From assembly GCA_016235455.1 (NCBI GenBank), contig JACRKZ010000068.1, positions 14,682 through 78,681 on the forward strand: 64,000 bases of DNA, written 5' to 3'. The stretch comes from Armatimonadota bacterium (GTDB lineage: Bacteria > Armatimonadota > UBA10988). This document shows, one piece after another, positions 1-9,781 of this stretch (positions within the stretch are counted from its first letter, which is position 1; each line of letters begins with the position of its first letter). The notes beneath the pieces were generated by a model. The model did not search any database. It saw only the letters and a list, made by a program, of their open reading frames with translations, and was not told the DNA's origin. Both the position numbers and the translations under genes were made by a program.

Positions 1-2481
1 GCGCTGGCCGTCGAGCCAGGCGAGGATCGACCGGGCCTGCTCGTCGCTGGCCAGGCCAAAAGCGATGGCCTCGTTGTTGACGAAGGTGTAGCCGTAGTCG
101 TGGCCCACACCGGCGCTGTCGATACAGGCCACGAAGCGGCCGGTGGTCGGGTTCCAGAAGCGTTGCCGCGAGCGCGTGCGCACCTGGTCGGCCAGCGCCG
201 CCAGGCTGGCCGCGCCGCGCTCGGCTGGAGGCAGGCGCCACTCCGGATGCGCCGCGATCTGGCCCTCGAGCTGCGCCATGCGTCGCAGCGCGTCGTACAG
301 GTAGATTGTGGCCAGCGTGTCGTGGCCGCCGAAGGGCAGCAGGTCCCAGTAGTTGTTGCCGATGCCCAGCCCGGCATGCACGGTCTTGCCGTCGTAGCCC
401 GCGCGGCCATCGTGGCCGACCCACGGCACGAATACGCAGCCTTCCTGTTCGACTCTGAACTCGCGCAGGGCGAAGTCCAGCGCGTGGCGCATGCGCGGCA
501 GGTTCTCGGTCAGGAAGGCGCGGTCGCCGGTCCAGCGGTAGTACTCGGTGCAGCCCTGCACGTAGTTGGGGTTGTTCACCGGATGCCGCGTATCGCAGGC
601 GGTGACCAGCCCCAGAATGCGCAGCGTGCCGCCGCGCGCGCCGTTGAATGCCAGGCGCAGGCGCGTCAGGCGCTGGGCTGGGTCGGCGTGACGATAGAGC
701 GGCACGTGGGTGAACGACCGGCCCGGCATGTCGGTGGCCAGCGGCAGCGGCAGGCTGCGCTCGGCGCCGAACTCGGGCTGGGTGGGGCTGGTCCAGGCCA
801 GCGTGGCGCGCGCGCCCGCGGGGCACTTGGGCTCCCATTCGAGGCGCACGAACGGCGCCACCAGCCGGTCGACATCGAAGGCCGGCGTGGTCAGGCTGGC
901 CGTGTCGGCGTCGATCTTGAGCGTCAGGCCGGTCGTCTTGTCGAGCCCGGTCTGCGCCAGCCCGTCCAAGGCCCAGCCGTCGAGCGCCTTGGTGGCGCCG
1001 ACGCGGTAGACGAGGTGCTCCGTGGCGAACTGCCACGCGATGCCACCGGCCTGGAAGGTGGTCGGGAACGGCCAGCCCTCACCGTGGCCGAAGCCGTGGT
1101 GCTGGATGGTGCTGACATAACCTTCGGCGTCGATGGGCCGTTTGAGCAGTTCCGCGCGCCAGGTGGCGGCGTGGTCGTTGGCCGGCTGGTCGCCCACGGC
1201 CGGCCACAGCGAAGCCATCGACAACCAGCCGTCCCACAGGGTGGCCTTGGGGCCGCTGCCCGCATAGTGCAGCCAGTGCAGCGAGCGCAACAGCTCGGTG
1301 TAGCGCTCCTGGCCGGGGATCTCGAACCGCGGGAAGTCGTCGGGCACCAGCCAGGTGAGGAAACCCTGGGTGCCCCACGGCGGGCAGCCCACACGACCCA
1401 GCTCCATGGCCGCGGGCCAGGCCCGGTCGTCGAACCCCGACTCACGCCAGCCGGTGGCCTCAGCCGAAGCCACGCGCCAGCGGGCGTCGGTCAACGCCGA
1501 CACCAGCACCCGGTCGCCCTCGCCCAGCAGCACCAGCGCGCCGGCCAGGCCGGCGGGGTTGGGCATCTCGCCCGCGTTCAGCGCCTCCACGGCGAGCACG
1601 TTGCGGCCCGGCCGCAGCGACTCGCGCACGTCCATCTCATACCAGTCGCCGAAGCTCGACGCGACGCCGCGATAGACGCCGTTGACCCACACCGTGGCCT
1701 GGTTGTCGGCCGAGCCGACGAAGAAGGCGCGCTTGACCTGGGCCGGGTCGGCCACGTCGAACGCGCGGCGGAAGTAGCGCGTGCCCACCGGCGCGGCGTC
1801 GCGCGGGTTGGTCTTCTCGGTCGACCAGATCCACTGCGTGCGGCGGAAATCGATCTCGCGCACCGGTTGGCCCGCGGCGCGGGCCCGGGCCCGGTTGATC
1901 TGGACCGCCTGGCCCGCGGGCGCGTCGACCGGCTCGATGCTGACCGCGTCGATCAGCACCGAGATGCCGTCGCCGGGGTCGACCTGGCTGAGCTCCAGCG
2001 TGTACCCGCCGTCGCCCGGCACGAACAGCACTTCAAAGGCTTTCCAGGGCGTGGCATAGGTGCCGGCGGCATCCACGGCCGGCACTTCCACCGGCGCGAC
2101 CAGGGCTGTGCCGTTGAGCCGCACTTGGAGGCGGCCGAAGTGGCCGCAGGAGTCCTTGTCGGTGGCGCGGCCGTTGGCCGCGAGCCGCAGCCGGTAGACC
2201 TTGTCGCGCTCGAACGGGCCGACGTCCTGGCGCAGCACCGCGCGGTTCTGCAGCGCCAGCACGAACTGCCCGTCGGGCTGCGCGCCGTTGTCGAAGAAGG
2301 CCAGCGCGCGCGGATTGCGCGCGGCTTCGCCCAGCACTTCCCAGCCGGGGAGTGTGTTGCCGCCACTGACATAGCCAACGCCCTTGATCGGCGTGCTGCC
2401 AGCTTCAAAGCCGCCGTTGGCCACCAGATCAGGCGCGCCGAGGGTCAGGCAGAACAGTCCGAACGCCGCGATGGGGAACAT
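1..2481 (-). CDS. Secreted glycoside hydrolase-like protein (CBM-like and rhamnosidase-N-like domains plus (alpha/alpha)6 catalytic domain); 3' end runs off the window
   Basis: Not in the ORF track (no stop in window). My translation: MFPIAAFGLFCLTLGAPDLVANGGFE...QWIWS...RYFRRAF...SADNQATVWVNG...YYRWTGDRAFL...GNNYWDLLPFGG. GGAG ribosome site upstream, strongly G/C-ending codons. Confidence 0.75.
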   Translation of the reverse strand, partial: MFPIAAFGLFCLTLGAPDLVANGGFEAGSTPIKGVGYVSGGNTLPGWEVLGEAARNPRALAFFDNGAQPDGQFVLALQNRAVLRQDVGPFERDKVYRLRLAANGRATDKDSCGHFGRLQVRLNGTALVAPVEVPAVDAAGTYATPWKAFEVLFVPGDGGYTLELSQVDPGDGISVLIDAVSIEPVDAPAGQAVQINRARARAAGQPVREIDFRRTQWIWSTEKTNPRDAAPVGTRYFRRAFDVADPAQVKRAFFVGSADNQATVWVNGVYRGVASSFGDWYEMDVRESLRPGRNVLAVEALNAGEMPNPAGLAGALVLLGEGDRVLVSALTDARWRVASAEATGWRESGFDDRAWPAAMELGRVGCPPWGTQGFLTWLVPDDFPRFEIPGQERYTELLRSLHWLHYAGSGPKATLWDGWLSMASLWPAVGDQPANDHAATWRAELLKRPIDAEGYVSTIQHHGFGHGEGWPFPTTFQAGGIAWQFATEHLVYRVGATKALDGWALDGLAQTGLDKTTGLTLKIDADTASLTTPAFDVDRLVAPFVRLEWEPKCPAGARATLAWTSPTQPEFGAERSLPLPLATDMPGRSFTHVPLYRHADPAQRLTRLRLAFNGARGGTLRILGLVTACDTRHPVNNPNYVQGCTEYYRWTGDRAFLTENLPRMRHALDFALREFRVEQEGCVFVPWVGHDGRAGYDGKTVHAGLGIGNNYWDLLPFGGHDTLATIYLYDALRRMAQLEGQIAAHPEWRLPPAERGAASLAALADQVRTRSRQRFWNPTTGRFVACIDSAGVGHDYGYTFVNNEAIAFGLASDEQARSILAWLDGQR

Positions 2482-2497
2482 GAGCCACTCCAAGCGC

Positions 2498-2662
2498 CTC
2501 GGGATGTGCGCCGCCAGTGCCGGTACGCCAATCTCCAGATTGGCATCGGCCGGAGGCGAAGCCGCAGGTCGACATCACGGCGAACCGGTGGCGGACGGTA
2601 GTCCTGCGGACCACTGCCAATCTGGAGATTGGCGTACCGGCACTGGCGGCGCTGATCCCGAG
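2498..2662. repeat. REP-doublet/MITE-like inverted repeat
   Basis: Perfect 38-bp arms at 2508-2545 and 2615-2652, each carrying the internal palindrome GCCAATCTCCAGATTGGC. Imperfect 10-bp outer extension. Confidence 0.85.
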
Positions 2663-2713
2663 AACGAGCAACTACCCGGCCATTTCGCCGCGGCTCAGGC
2701 AGCGCCTTCCGGT

Positions 2714-3598
2714 TCAGTAGCCCCAGTCGCGGCTGTAGCGGAAGTCGCGGTCGATGGTGCGTTCGGAGAGCTTGGCGATGACCGGCAGCCGGCGCTTGAA
2801 CTGGGTGCGGCCGACCAGGCGGCTGACGCGCTGCACCAGGGCCTCGTCGTGGCCGACGGCGACCAGGTGCTCGGCCGGCCGGCGATGGTCGATCAGTTCG
2901 ATCAGCACGGCATCGATGGCGGTATAGGGATAGCCGAGCTGGCTCTCGTCGGTCTGGCCGACAAACAGGTCGGCCGTGGGCGGCTTGTCGAGGATGGGCT
3001 GCGGCACGCCCAGGTGCGCCGCGAGCTGGCGGATCTGGGTTTTGTAGAGGTCGCCCAGTGGGTTGAGCGCGCTGGCCATGTCGCCGTGCAGCGTGCCATA
3101 GCCCAGCAGCAGCTCGGTCTTGTTGCTGGTGCCCAGCACCAGTGCGTTCAGGTGCTGGCTGAAGTCGTACAGGATGGTCATGCGCTCACGGGCCATCTTG
3201 TTGCCGCGGCGCAAGCGGTCGTCGGCATCGTCGCGGCCGGCGGGCACCACGGCCTGGGCGTAGTAGGCATCGACCTGATCGGAGATGTCGACGACGACGT
3301 GCGGCGTGTGGCAGTCGTCGACGCAGGCCATGGCGTCGTCGAGGCTGGCCTGGCTGCTGGTGCGGTATGGCATGAGCACGGCGTGGGTGTTCTCGGGTCC
3401 GAGCGCCTTGGCGGCCAGGTAGTAGCTCACCGCGGAGTCGATGCCGCCGCTGAGGCCAACCACGATCTTGCCGAAGCCGACCTTGGTCACCTCATCGGCA
3501 ATGAACGCGACGAGCATCTTCTCCACCACGGCGGTGTTGATGCGCAGTTCGGGCCTGATGGACTCGGCGGCCCACAGGGCCTCCACGCGGTCGTTCAT
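2714..3598 (-). CDS. nadE: NAD+ synthetase (synthetase subunit)
   Basis: GLSGGIDSAV PP-loop, GNKMARERM, GTSNKTE, LGDLYKTQI, KPPTADL. Confidence 0.95.
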   Translation of the reverse strand: MNDRVEALWAAESIRPELRINTAVVEKMLVAFIADEVTKVGFGKIVVGLSGGIDSAVSYYLAAKALGPENTHAVLMPYRTSSQASLDDAMACVDDCHTPHVVVDISDQVDAYYAQAVVPAGRDDADDRLRRGNKMARERMTILYDFSQHLNALVLGTSNKTELLLGYGTLHGDMASALNPLGDLYKTQIRQLAAHLGVPQPILDKPPTADLFVGQTDESQLGYPYTAIDAVLIELIDHRRPAEHLVAVGHDEALVQRVSRLVGRTQFKRRLPVIAKLSERTIDRDFRYSRDWGY

Positions 3599-4491
3599 CG
3601 GTACACCTCGCTGCCGATGCGCTCCAGTTCACGCCGTACCACATGCACCGACTCGCCCAGCGCACGCGGCGAGCTGGCGCGGTGCGCGCGGAGCCACAGC
3701 TCGGTGTCGATCTCGACGCTGAGGATGGCCTCGTCGAACAGCGGTGCCGCCAGCAGCGTGTCGCCCGACGGCGTGACGATCTCGCTGCCGCCGGTGAAGA
3801 TGTACTGGTCCTCCACGCCGACGCGCTGCACGTGCACCACGAGCACGCCGAAGATCTCGGCGTACAGGCGATTGAGCCGACGCCAGGTCTCGAGGTTGGC
3901 GGTAGTGAAGCCCTCGGTGTTGTCCACGCCACGCGCGGGCGAGTTGGCGATGCCCAGCAGCACGCCCATGCCCTCGAAGCCCGGCCCGTCCACGCTCAGC
4001 GTGTAGACCGTGGCCGGATGCCACAGGTCCTCGCACACCAGCAGCCCGGCCCGGCCCAGCACCGGGCTGTCGAACGCCGCCAGCCGCTGACCGGGATTGA
4101 CGTAGCGGCGCTCGTCGAACATGCCGTAGGTGGGCAGATGGACCTTGCGGTGGCGATGCACCAGCACCGGCGTCGCCTGGCCCGGCTCATACCGCAGGTA
4201 GACGGCGGCGTTGTAGCACTGGCGCCCCGCGCTCAGCTCGATAAAGCCGAGCACGACGTCCAGCGGCTTGTCGCCGGGCGCGATGCCACGCAGTTCGCCG
4301 ATGAGCTGCTCGGTGCTGCGCGCGACACGCGCCGTGTCGTCGCGCAGCAGGTAGCCGGTGACACTCAACTCGGGGAAGACCAGCAGGTCGACGCCCTCGG
4401 CCCAAGCCGCCGCGATCAGCTCGCGGTGCCGCGCCAGGTTCTCTTCCACGCGCCCCAGCCCAGGGGCGATCTGCGCCAGCGTGATCTTCAT
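3595..4491 (-). CDS. Nitrilase/carbon-nitrogen hydrolase, probable glutaminase subunit for NadE
   Basis: Triad motifs FPELS, RKVHLPTYGMFDE, VCEDLW. Overlaps the nadE start by 4 nt. Confidence 0.85.
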   Translation of the reverse strand: MKITLAQIAPGLGRVEENLARHRELIAAAWAEGVDLLVFPELSVTGYLLRDDTARVARSTEQLIGELRGIAPGDKPLDVVLGFIELSAGRQCYNAAVYLRYEPGQATPVLVHRHRKVHLPTYGMFDERRYVNPGQRLAAFDSPVLGRAGLLVCEDLWHPATVYTLSVDGPGFEGMGVLLGIANSPARGVDNTEGFTTANLETWRRLNRLYAEIFGVLVVHVQRVGVEDQYIFTGGSEIVTPSGDTLLAAPLFDEAILSVEIDTELWLRAHRASSPRALGESVHVVRRELERIGSEVYR

Positions 4492-4519
4492 CGAGCCCTC
4501 ACCACACGGTCAGCAACCC

Positions 4520-4590
4520 ATCAACAGATGGCGCAGATGGTCGCAGATGGACTGCCCTGGTATCTGCGTCCATCTGCGCCATCTGTTGAT
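4520..4590. repeat. Intergenic inverted repeat built from CAGAT(GG) units
   Basis: 29-bp arms at 4520-4548 and 4562-4590 with one mismatch. Confidence 0.85.
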
Positions 4591-4597
4591 CACGGTG

Positions 4598-5773
4598 CTA
4601 CGCACCCAGGAACCGGCCCAGGCGGCGCAAGCCTTCCTCGATGTTGGCCATGGAGGCGGCATAGGACAGGCGGATGTAGTCGGGCGCGCCGAAGCCGTTG
4701 CCCGGCACGACGGCCAGCTTGGCTTCTTCCAGCAGGCGCGCGGCCAGGTCGTCGGCGGTCTGGCCAGGCTTCAGGTGCGCGCTGATGTTGGGGAAGGCAT
4801 AGAACGCGCCGCCGGGCTCGTTACAGGTCACGCCGGGGATGGCGTTGAGGCCATCGACCATGACGCGACGGCGCGCCTCGAAGGCCACGCGCATCTCCTC
4901 CACCGGGCTCTGGTCACCGCGCAGCGCGGCCTCGGCGCCGGCCTGGGCGATGGAGGTCGGGTTGGAGGTCTCGTGGCTGGCGATGCGCGTCATGGCGGCG
5001 ATGAGCGGCGTGGCGCCCACGGCCCAGCCGATGCGCCAACCGGTCATCGAGTAGGCCTTGGAGCAGCCGTTGACGATGACCGTCTGAGCGCGAACGCTGT
5101 CGACCTGGGCGATGGAGAACGAGCGCTCGCCGCCATACACCAGGTGCTCGTAGATCTCGTCGGAGATGACGGTAAAGTCGGGCTGCTGGGCCACCACCTC
5201 GGCCAGCGCGCGCAACTCCGCCTCGGAGTACATGGCGCCGGTCGGGTTGGAGGGCGAGTTGAGCACCAGGGCCTTGGCGTAAGGATAGGCGACCATGGCC
5301 TCCGCGAGCTGGGCGGGGCTGATCTTGAAGCCGGACTCGGGCGTTGTGGGCAGGATGATCGGCACACCGCCGGCCAGGCGGGTCATGTCGATGTAGCTCA
5401 CCCAGTAGGGCGCCGGCACGAACACCGCGTCGCCCGGATCGATGAGGGCCTGGAAGGTCAGGTAGAGCACATGCTTGCCACCGCAGCCGACGATGACGTT
5501 CTTGGGTTCGTAGTCCAGCCCGCTGTCGCGCCTGGTCTTCTCGACCACGGCGGCGCGCAGGCCCGGCGTGCCGGCGGACGGCGTGTACTTGGTCAGACCC
5601 TTGGCCAGCGCGGCGCGCGCGGCCTCCTTGATGGGCTCGGGCGTGTCGAAGTCCGGCTCACCGGCGGTGAAGCCGACGATGTCCTCGCCGGCGGCCTTGA
5701 GCGCGTTCACCTTGGCGGTCAGCGCCAGGGTCGGCGAGTCGGTGGCGGCCGCGGCGCGGCTGGACAGTCGCAT
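4598..5773 (-). CDS. aspC: Class I PLP-dependent aminotransferase (aspartate aminotransferase-like)
   Basis: GEPDFDTP, NSPSNPTG, SDEIYE, SKAYSMTGWRIG. Confidence 0.9.
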   Translation of the reverse strand: MRLSSRAAAATDSPTLALTAKVNALKAAGEDIVGFTAGEPDFDTPEPIKEAARAALAKGLTKYTPSAGTPGLRAAVVEKTRRDSGLDYEPKNVIVGCGGKHVLYLTFQALIDPGDAVFVPAPYWVSYIDMTRLAGGVPIILPTTPESGFKISPAQLAEAMVAYPYAKALVLNSPSNPTGAMYSEAELRALAEVVAQQPDFTVISDEIYEHLVYGGERSFSIAQVDSVRAQTVIVNGCSKAYSMTGWRIGWAVGATPLIAAMTRIASHETSNPTSIAQAGAEAALRGDQSPVEEMRVAFEARRRVMVDGLNAIPGVTCNEPGGAFYAFPNISAHLKPGQTADDLAARLLEEAKLAVVPGNGFGAPDYIRLSYAASMANIEEGLRRLGRFLGA

Positions 5774-5868
5774 GGTGCTCTCCTCTTGGTTGTTGCGTTC
5801 CCGAATAGAACCTGGCCGGCGCGCGGCTCTTTCATCGCGTCACGAACGTGACGCGCCGGCGGTGGGAA

Positions 5869-5951
5869 CGGAGGGAAAGGGATTCGAACCCTTGGAGCTT
5901 GCGCTCGACGGTTTTCAAGACCGTTGCCTTAAACCACTCGGCCATCCCTCC
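5869..5951 (-). tRNA. tRNA-Ser (anticodon UGA), CCA not encoded
   Basis: Reverse complement reads GGAGGGATGGCCGAGTGGTTTAAGGC-ACGGT CT TGA AA ACCGT-variable arm-GGTTCGAATCC-TCCCTCCG. TATAAT upstream at 5982-5987. Confidence 0.95.
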
Positions 5952-6060
5952 AGCAGGTCCGCGCGAGCGGACCGAAGGGCCATTATAGCAAGGTCTGGCG
6001 CGTTGGCGTCGGGCGTGGGGGAAAAGCACGGGGTGTGCCCCCACGCCCGGTGAAAGGGGG

Positions 6061-6436
6061 CGGAGACCAGGCCTGTAAGCCGGTTTCTGTCGAGGACGGT
6101 CATCTCTCTGGGACGGCCGTTACCGACCGCCTCGTGCACCCTACCCGGGGAATCGGCGGGCCGCGTCATCTTCCCCTGTCTGGGCTTGCTCCGAACGGGG
6201 TTTGCCGAGCACGACCGGTCACCCGGCCGCCTGGTGGGCTCTTACCCCACCGTTTCACCTTGACCGCAGCCGGCCTGGGCCGGCGGCGGCAGTTTGCTTT
6301 CTGTGGCACTTTCCGTCAGGTCGCCCTGCCTGGCCGTTAGCCAGCGTCCTTGCCCTATGGAGACCGGACTTTCCTCCAACCGGGCCGCGGCGCACGCGCC
6401 GCGGCGTCGGCCGGTGACCGCCCAGCCTGCTCTCCG
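6061..6436 (-). ncRNA. rnpB: RNase P RNA (type A)
   Basis: Reverse complement contains GAGGAAAGTCC, GGAAAGTGCCACAGAAA, GGTGAAACGGTGGGGTAAGAGCCCAC, GGCAAACCCC, AGAGAGATGA and ACAGAAACCGGCTTA. The ends pair as P1. Confidence 0.95.
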
Positions 6437-6590
6437 CGCCGGTCAGTATACCTCGGCTGGCGCGGTTGCCAGCGGACATGTCGGACCGGTGCGACAGGCC
6501 CCAGGGTCGCCCAGGCGCGCGGAGAGGACGCCATCGGGCCGATCACAGTCCGGATCTTGGGCTTATAATGGCCGCTCGGAGCGACAGAAC

Positions 6591-7217
6591 GTGCGGCGAC
6601 GAATCGTATTGATGGGCGAAGAGATCCTGCGGCAGAAGGCCAAGCCGGTCAAAGTGGTGGACGCCTCGGTACGTCGACTGATCGACGACCTGACGGAAAC
6701 CATGCACGCCGCCGACGGCCTGGGCCTGGCGGCGCCGCAGATCGGCGTGGGCCGGCGCGTGTTCGTCGCCCGCGATGGCGACCGGCTGTATGCGCTGGTC
6801 AACCCGCAGATCGTCGCGCGGCGCGGCAAGGAGGTCGGCGTCGAGGGCTGCCTGTCCATGCCGGGCCTGCAGGGCAACGTGCAGCGCGCCAAGGAGGTCA
6901 CCATCCGCGGCCTGGACCGCGCCGGTCGCGAGGTGCAGTACGAAGTCAGCGGCCTGACCGCGCGCTGCTTCCAGCACGAGTTCGACCACCTCAACGGCGT
7001 GCTCTACGTCGACCACACCAAGGACCTGTGGTGGTTGGAGGAGGCCGAGCAGGGCGCCAAGGTGGAACTGCCCGAGGGCGACGAAGAGGCCGACCACTTC
7101 GAGGACGAGGACGGCCGCCGGGTCATCGTCGTGCGTGTGCCGACCACCCTGGCCGAAGCCGAGGCCTGGTTCCACGAGGAGATCGCGGCTCATCGCCGCG
7201 GGGAGTCGGTGGAGTGA
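6591..7217 (+). CDS. def: Peptide deformylase with acidic C-terminal extension
   Basis: GLGLAAPQIG, EGCLS, QHEFDHLNG. GTG start after GGAG; TATAAT at 6564-6569. Confidence 0.95.
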   Translation: MRRRIVLMGEEILRQKAKPVKVVDASVRRLIDDLTETMHAADGLGLAAPQIGVGRRVFVARDGDRLYALVNPQIVARRGKEVGVEGCLSMPGLQGNVQRAKEVTIRGLDRAGREVQYEVSGLTARCFQHEFDHLNGVLYVDHTKDLWWLEEAEQGAKVELPEGDEEADHFEDEDGRRVIVVRVPTTLAEAEAWFHEEIAAHRRGESVE

Positions 7218-8149
7218 AGGCTGTCTTCATGGGCACGCCCGAGATCGCCGTCGGCTGCCTCGCGGCCACGGCGCGGTGGGCGGTCGACGGCCTGCGCGTG
7301 GTCACCCAGCCCGACCGCCCGCGAGGTCGCTCGGGTCAGCCCGCGCCGTCGCCGGTCAAGCAGCGCGCGCTCGAGCTCGGGCTCGAGGTGGTGCAGCCGC
7401 AGCGGCTGCGCGGCAATGCCGAGTTTCTCCACTGGCTCAGCGCCGACCCGCCGGACGTCATGGTGGTGGTGGCCTTCGGCCAGATCCTGCCGGCCGACGT
7501 GCTGGCCGTGCCGCGGCACGGCTGCATCAACGTGCATTTCTCGGCGCTGCCCCGCTATCGCGGCGCGGCGCCGGTGCAGCGTGCGATCATGGCCGGCGAG
7601 ACGCAGACCGCCGTCGACACCATGCTCATGGACGTCGGACTCGACACCGGCCCGGTGCTGATCAGCGAGCCCGTGACCATCGGTGCCGACGAAACCGCAG
7701 GTGAGCTGGCCCAGCGTATGCAGGATCTGGCCCCCGAAGTCCTCGAGCGTACCTTGCGCGAGTGGACCGGCGGACGGCTGACGCCGCGGCCGCAGGACGA
7801 TGCGGCGGCCTGTCTGGCGCCGCGGCTGGCCAAGGAGGACGGGCACATCGACTGGACTCGGCCGGCAACCGAGCTGGCCAACCGGATCCGCGGCGTGACT
7901 CCCTGGCCCGGCGCGACCGCCGAGGTGGCTGGCGAAGCGCTCAAGGTGCTCTCGGCCCGACCCGGCGAGGGTAGCGGCACGCCCGGCAGCATTCTCGCCA
8001 TCGATGAATTGTGCGGAGTGCTTTGCGCGGCAGGCCAAGATGCGTTATGGTTGGGGACAGTACAGGTTCCCGGTCGCAAACCGGTAAGCGGAGCGGCCTA
8101 CGCCCATGGTCGGCGGTTACGCCAGGAGTGTAGCGGCAGTGGACGATGA
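7214..8149 (+). CDS. fmt: Methionyl-tRNA formyltransferase
   Basis: FMGTPE, VTQPDRP, INVHFSALPRYRGAAP, LDTGP. GTGA overlap with def. Confidence 0.95.
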   Translation: MKAVFMGTPEIAVGCLAATARWAVDGLRVVTQPDRPRGRSGQPAPSPVKQRALELGLEVVQPQRLRGNAEFLHWLSADPPDVMVVVAFGQILPADVLAVPRHGCINVHFSALPRYRGAAPVQRAIMAGETQTAVDTMLMDVGLDTGPVLISEPVTIGADETAGELAQRMQDLAPEVLERTLREWTGGRLTPRPQDDAAACLAPRLAKEDGHIDWTRPATELANRIRGVTPWPGATAEVAGEALKVLSARPGEGSGTPGSILAIDELCGVLCAAGQDALWLGTVQVPGRKPVSGAAYAHGRRLRQECSGSGR

Positions 8150-8492
8150 AGCCCGCCTTCAACAAGCCGACAAGCTGTGCTATGACGGCGACTATGACGC
8201 CGCCATCGCCGTCTATGACGACCTGCTCGCCGGCAACCCAGGGCAATACCTGGCGCGGTTCGGCCGAGCCAAGGCATGGCTTTTCACCGGGCTGTTCGAC
8301 GAGGCAATCGCCGAATTCGAGCAGCTTCGCGCCGACCACCCCGATTTCCTCAAGGGCCGCGTCGAGCTCTTCAAGAGCTACCTGATGTTGTCCATGGTGG
8401 ATGAGGCCAAGGATGAGGCGCGTGCCATCCTCAAAGCCGATCCCGGCAACGAAGAGGTTCACAAGCAACTTATGTATCTGGGCGACCTTTGA
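8139..8492 (+). CDS. Small tetratricopeptide repeat protein
   Basis: GDYDAAIAVY and GLFDEAIAEFE TPR-like helices. AGGAG upstream of the GTG. Confidence 0.75.
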   Translation: MDDEARLQQADKLCYDGDYDAAIAVYDDLLAGNPGQYLARFGRAKAWLFTGLFDEAIAEFEQLRADHPDFLKGRVELFKSYLMLSMVDEAKDEARAILKADPGNEEVHKQLMYLGDL

Positions 8493-9781
8493 TCGACTCA
8501 AGCCGACGCGTTGCCGTCGAGGTTGTCGCACGCTGTGAGCAGGGCGCTTTCGCCGAGCGCGTTCTCGAACAAGCCCTGGCTCGCGCCAAGTATCCCCACT
8601 GGTCGACTCGCGCCACCGCGCTGGCCTACGGCACGCTGCGCCTGCGCGCCCGGCTCGACGCCGTGCTCGGGCCGTTCCTGTCGCGCCCGCTGGCCGAGGT
8701 CGATGCCCCGCTGCGCGCCGTGCTGCGAGTCGGCGCCTATGAACTGCTCTTTGCCGACCACGTCGAGACGGCCCAGGCCGTGCATGCGTTGGTCGAGCTG
8801 GCCAAGGATGAGAGCCGCGGCGGCCATGTGGGCCTGGGCTCGCTGACCAACGCCGTGCTGCGCAAGCTGGTGGCCAACGCCGACCAGCTGCGCGTCGAAC
8901 CGCCGGGTCTGAGCATCGACCAGCGGCTCGAGGGCTGGTGGTCGCTGCCACGCTGGGTGGCCGAGCGCTGGGTGCGACGCTGGGGCGAAGAGGGCGCGCT
9001 GGAACTGGCGCAAGCCGCCGGCACCGACCCGCATGTCCACCTGCGCGTCAACCGGTGCCGCACCGACCGCGAGCAGCTCCTGGCCCGCCTGACCGAGGCG
9101 GGAGTCCGGGCACGACCCAGCGCCTTGAGCCCGTGGGGCGTCCTGATTTCCGGTGGGCAGCCCGAGCGGCTGCCCGGCTTCGCCGAGGGCTGGTTCACCG
9201 TCCAGGACGAAGCCTCGGTGGCCATCGCCGAGCTCACCGGCGCGCAGCCGGGCCTGCGGGCCATCGACCTGTGCGCCGCACCGGGCAGCAAGGCTACGCA
9301 GTTGGCCGAGATGGGCGCCGAGGTGCTGGCCTGCGATATCCAACGCAAGCGACTGGCCCGCGTCGACGAGTCGGCGCTGCGCATGGGCCTGACCATCGAG
9401 ACGCTGGTGGCCGACGCGCGCGAACTGCCGGGCAAAGTCGAGCCGGCGGACATCGTCCTGCTCGACGCGCCGTGCAGCGGCACGGGCACGCTGGCGCGCC
9501 GGCCTGATCTGCGCTGGCGGCTCGACGACGAGCGCCTGGCCGAGGTGCAGCGCCTGCAGCGCGAGCTGCTGGCCGCCGCGGCGCGGCTGGTCAAGCCGGG
9601 CGGGGTGCTGGTCTACTCGACCTGCAGCCTGGAGCCCGAGGAAAACGACGAGCAGATGACCTGGCTGGCCCAAGTCGGCTCCGAACTGCTGCCTGATGGC
9701 CCGGCTGATGTCACACTGAAGCCAGTCGCCGGGCAACACGATGGCTTCTTTATGGCCCGGCGGCGCCGAGCCGAGACATGA
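8489..9781 (+). CDS. rsmB: 16S rRNA m5C967 methyltransferase (Sun)
   Basis: NusB-like N-terminus, VQDEAS, DLCAAPGSK, DAPCSGTG, YSTCS. def-fmt-sun context. Confidence 0.9.
   Translation: MIDSSRRVAVEVVARCEQGAFAERVLEQALARAKYPHWSTRATALAYGTLRLRARLDAVLGPFLSRPLAEVDAPLRAVLRVGAYELLFADHVETAQAVHALVELAKDESRGGHVGLGSLTNAVLRKLVANADQLRVEPPGLSIDQRLEGWWSLPRWVAERWVRRWGEEGALELAQAAGTDPHVHLRVNRCRTDREQLLARLTEAGVRARPSALSPWGVLISGGQPERLPGFAEGWFTVQDEASVAIAELTGAQPGLRAIDLCAAPGSKATQLAEMGAEVLACDIQRKRLARVDESALRMGLTIETLVADARELPGKVEPADIVLLDAPCSGTGTLARRPDLRWRLDDERLAEVQRLQRELLAAAARLVKPGGVLVYSTCSLEPEENDEQMTWLAQVGSELLPDGPADVTLKPVAGQHDGFFMARRRRAET

Noticed and set aside
100-2601. 833-aa plus-strand ORF, and similar long ORFs such as 24740-27484, 51848-53941 and 2384-4006
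   Set aside because: Antisense shadows of real genes in high-GC DNA; they have no motifs, and the opposite strand carries the recognisable proteins.
5869-5951. Selenocysteine/suppressor tRNA, or a tRNA integration site
   Set aside because: Anticodon UGA decodes UCA (Ser), whereas tRNA-Sec has UCA. No integrase or duplicated tRNA 3' end was seen.
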